Shown here: positions 61,060 to 64,000 of the stretch, piece after piece | Position numbering within the stretch: position 1 is the first letter of the stretch | Layout of the letters: every line of letters begins with the position of its first letter | From: Pristiophorus japonicus | Lineage: Eukaryota | Reading direction: 5' to 3' | NCBI RefSeq assembly: GCF_044704955.1 | Contig: NC_091990.1 | Location: forward strand, 143,406,001-143,470,000 | DNA length: 64,000 bases | The notes under the pieces: generated by a model | The model's input: the letters and a program-made list of their open reading frames with translations, nothing else | Told to the model about the DNA's origin: nothing | The model's database searches: none | Made by a program: the position numbers and the translations under genes

Positions 61060-63830
61060 CAGATTGTAGTTGACACTCAGCATTGCCCTGATGCAACACG
61101 CACCCAACCCCATAGGATGATGCATCACATGTCAGAACCAATTTTTTACAGGAGTCGTACAGGGTCAACAACTTGTTTGAACAAAGTAGGTTTCGCGCCC
61201 GATCAAAAGCCCGTTCCTGACAGTCCCCCCAAAACCATTCGCAACCCTTACGCAGGAGCATGTGTAGCGGCTCCAACAACGTGTTCAAGTTCGGCAGAAA
61301 GTTCGCGAAATAGTTCAACAGTCCCAGGAATGAACGCAACTCCGATGTGTTGCAGGGTCTGGGTGCTCATCGAATCGCCTCTGTTTTGGATTCAGTGGGC
61401 CGAATCCCATCTGCAGCAACCCTCCTGCCCAGACACTCAACCTCAGGAGATAAGAACACAAATTTAGACTTCTTGAGTCGCAGGCCTACCCGGTCCTGTC
61501 GGCGTAGCACCTCCTCCAGGTTGTGGAGGTGTTCCTCGGTGTTTCAACCCGTGATGAGGATTTTGTCCTGGAATACGATCGTTCCAGGAATGGATTTAAG
61601 CAGGCTTTCCATGTTTCGTTGAAAAATCGCGGCCGCTGATCAAATGCCAAACGGGCACCTGTTATAAACAAACAGTCCCTTGTGCATGGTGATGGTGGTC
61701 AGTAGTTTAGATTCGTCGGCCAGTTCCTGGGTCATATAGGCTGAAGTGAGGTCCAACTTGGTGAACAGCTTGCCACCTGCCAGCGTGGCGAAGAGGTCCT
61801 CCGCTCTCGGGAGCGGGTATTGATCTTGTAGGGACACCCGATTGATGGTGGCCTTGTAGTCGCCACAGATCCTGACAGAGCTTTTAGGACGGGAACGATG
61901 GGGCTCGCCCAGTCACTGAATTCAACAGGCGAGATGATGCCCTCTCTCAACAGCCAGTCCAATTCGTTCTCGATCTTTTCCCGCATCACATACGGCACTG
62001 CTCTGGCTTTGTGGTGCACTGGCCTGGCATCCGGGGTGATGTGTATCACTACTTTAGTGCCTTTGAAAGTCCCGACACCAGGTTGGAATAGTGAATCGAA
62101 TTGTTGTAGGACTTGTGAGCACGAACTTCGCTCCACAGATGACATTGAGTGAACATCCCCCATTTCCAGTTCATCTCGGCTAACCAGCTCCTCCCCAACA
62201 GTGCGGGACGATTGCCGGGACAATCCAGAGCGGCAGCCGATTCACTAACCCATTGTGTGTGACAGCCAACATTGCACTTCCTAGCACCGGAATGATTTCT
62301 TTAGTGTAAATCCGTAATTGTGTCGCAATACGTGCTAATTTGGGTCTACTGGCTTTAAGTGGTCATTGCTTCTCAAATTGCTGAATGACCATGAATGACT
62401 GGCTGGCCCCAGTGTCCAGCTCCATGCGTACTGGGATACCGTTTAATAAAACCCTCATCATCACTGGTGTCATTTTGGTGTATGAACTGTGAATATTCGC
62501 CACATGGACCTGCTGAACCTCGGCATCCATCGGTTTGCCCCAAAAGTCATCCTGCCTCAAAGAACCCTCTTCTGTTCCATCCGCCTCATATATTAGTCTG
62601 GTTGCAGACTTCCTGCACATTCGAGCGAAGTGGCCACTGAGATTGCAGTTCCTGCAGATAAACGGTTGAAATCTGCAAGATCTAGCTGAGTGTTTTCCCC
62701 CACACCTTCAGCATGAGTTAAAGTTTCCATTATTGGAAACAAAGGGACTATGGCCAGGCATTCCGTGCTGACTGTCCCTTTGACTGCTCTTAAGTACCCT
62801 CTTAGTGGGTGTTAATGGCCCCATCCCGGGCCGCATTGTCCACTGTGATGGTGTGAATGTCCGTTCAGCCTGCCATTGTCTCTGTTGAAGTCCTACTCTG
62901 GGGTCTATTGCTGCCTGGGGAGTGTCGGACTGCCCCTGCCTGCCTGCGAAGCTCTGAGTCGCATTGATGATGTTGACTCCCTGATCCATCGCCGCGTTAG
63001 AGGCAGAATTGCTTGCGTATATTATTTTCGTTTCCTCCTCCCCCGCCATGAAAGTTTGAACTATCAACGCCGCCGCTTCCAAGGTCAAATCCTTGGTCCA
63101 ATTAATTTGCGGAAAATTTCCGCATGACCGATGCCCTCGATAAAGAAGACCCTTAGCATCTCCCCCCTGCAGGCATCTGTGAACTTACAGAGGCTGGCCA
63201 AATGCTGGAGGTCCGCTACGAAGTCCGGTATGCTCTGTCCTTCACGACGTCGGTGGGTGTAGAATCTGTGTCAGGCCATATGTATGCTACTCGCCGGTTT
63301 GAGGTGCTCCCTGATCAATTTGCTAAGTTCTTCAAAGGTTTTGTCAGCCGGCTTTTCGGGTGCTAGTAAGTCCTTCATGAGCGCGTAAGTTTTTGGTCTG
63401 CAGATGGTCATAAGATGAGCCCTTCGCTTGTCGGCTGCTGCATCCCCCAGCCATTCTTTCGTAACGAAGCTTTGTTGAAGCCTCTCGACAAAATCATCCC
63501 AGTCTTCCACAACACAGTACCGTTCCTCTGTGCTACCGGTGGCCATTCTCGTGGGTCGTGAATTCCCGTTTCTCGTCGCCAATGTAAAGTCCTTACTCTA
63601 CAGCATGAAACCACACGAGACACATTCTGGGGACAAGGTCACTCTGTGACCTTAACTCTTTATTCACAGGACTCCAAAGACGATGACCCTGCGTAGGACC
63701 TCCCTTTTTATACCTGTGTGATCAGGTAAGGAGTGTCTCCCACAAGTTCACCCCTTGTGGTCAAGGTGTGCATCTAGGTTGAATGTATACAGTAATACAG
63801 TGATGTTACATTGTGGTTACATACATGACA
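61060..63830 (-). mobile_element. Gypsy/Ty3 LTR retrotransposon (K02A2.6/Mag-like), 3' truncated in RNase H
   Basis: gag ATG at 63546; protease ELDTGAS; RT WASPIVPV, YPLP, KLDL..AY, RCPFGI, FQDK; RNase H LTCDASSYGVG; PBS TGGCGACGAG (63572-63581). Confidence 0.92.
63583..63830 (-). repeat. Gypsy 5' LTR (248 bp)
   Basis: TGTCATG...TTTACA on the minus strand, with TATAAAA and AATAAA, directly followed by the PBS. Confidence 0.85.
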
Positions 63831-64000
63831 TGCAGATGTCATTTGCCGAATGCAGACATGTGTTGCATGTTGAGAAATGGCGCACACATCCCCAGTTGTA
63901 GCTTGGAAGGATCCAGATGCATAAAATGTAAGTGCAGCTGTAACCTTCACTTCAACTGACAATGCAGTTCTCCTGACGCTTCTAGGTTGCAGGTTTGCTT
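63831..64000 (-). pseudogene. Harbinger transposase fragment (target of the Gypsy insertion)
   Basis: VEVKVTAALTFYASGSFQATTGDVCAISQHATHVCIRQMT. Confidence 0.85.

Overview
A repeat-dense vertebrate window with no recognisable host protein-coding exon. The repeat mix (CR1 LINEs with ACATAGAA/ACATAAGA tails, Deu-type tRNA SINEs, abundant PIF/Harbinger elements) points to a cartilaginous fish, probably a shark (inference). Main contents: (1) a 5.0-kb provirus at 1375-6390 (-) with 339-bp LTRs, a 5-bp TSD, a tRNA-Ser PBS, a -1 gag-pro slippery site, a deletion of RT/RNaseH/integrase core, and a gamma-type env with a single stop; (2) a full-length two-gene Harbinger transposon (18814-23244), three more Harbinger Myb/SANT-gene copies and many related MITEs; (3) many CR1 copies, including a near-complete ORF2 at 49899-53221; (4) RTE, L2, Tx1, CR1/Zenon-like LINE pieces, several SINE families and Penelope-type remnants with hammerhead ribozyme motifs; (5) a retroposed U2 snRNA with a second U2-like segment, a unique tail, poly(A) and a TSD (59543-59796), which is a candidate U2-derived SINE; (6) a truncated Gypsy element with its 5' LTR (about 61060-63830). 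All calls come from reading the sequence by eye, with no database search. Boundaries of degraded elements are approximate.
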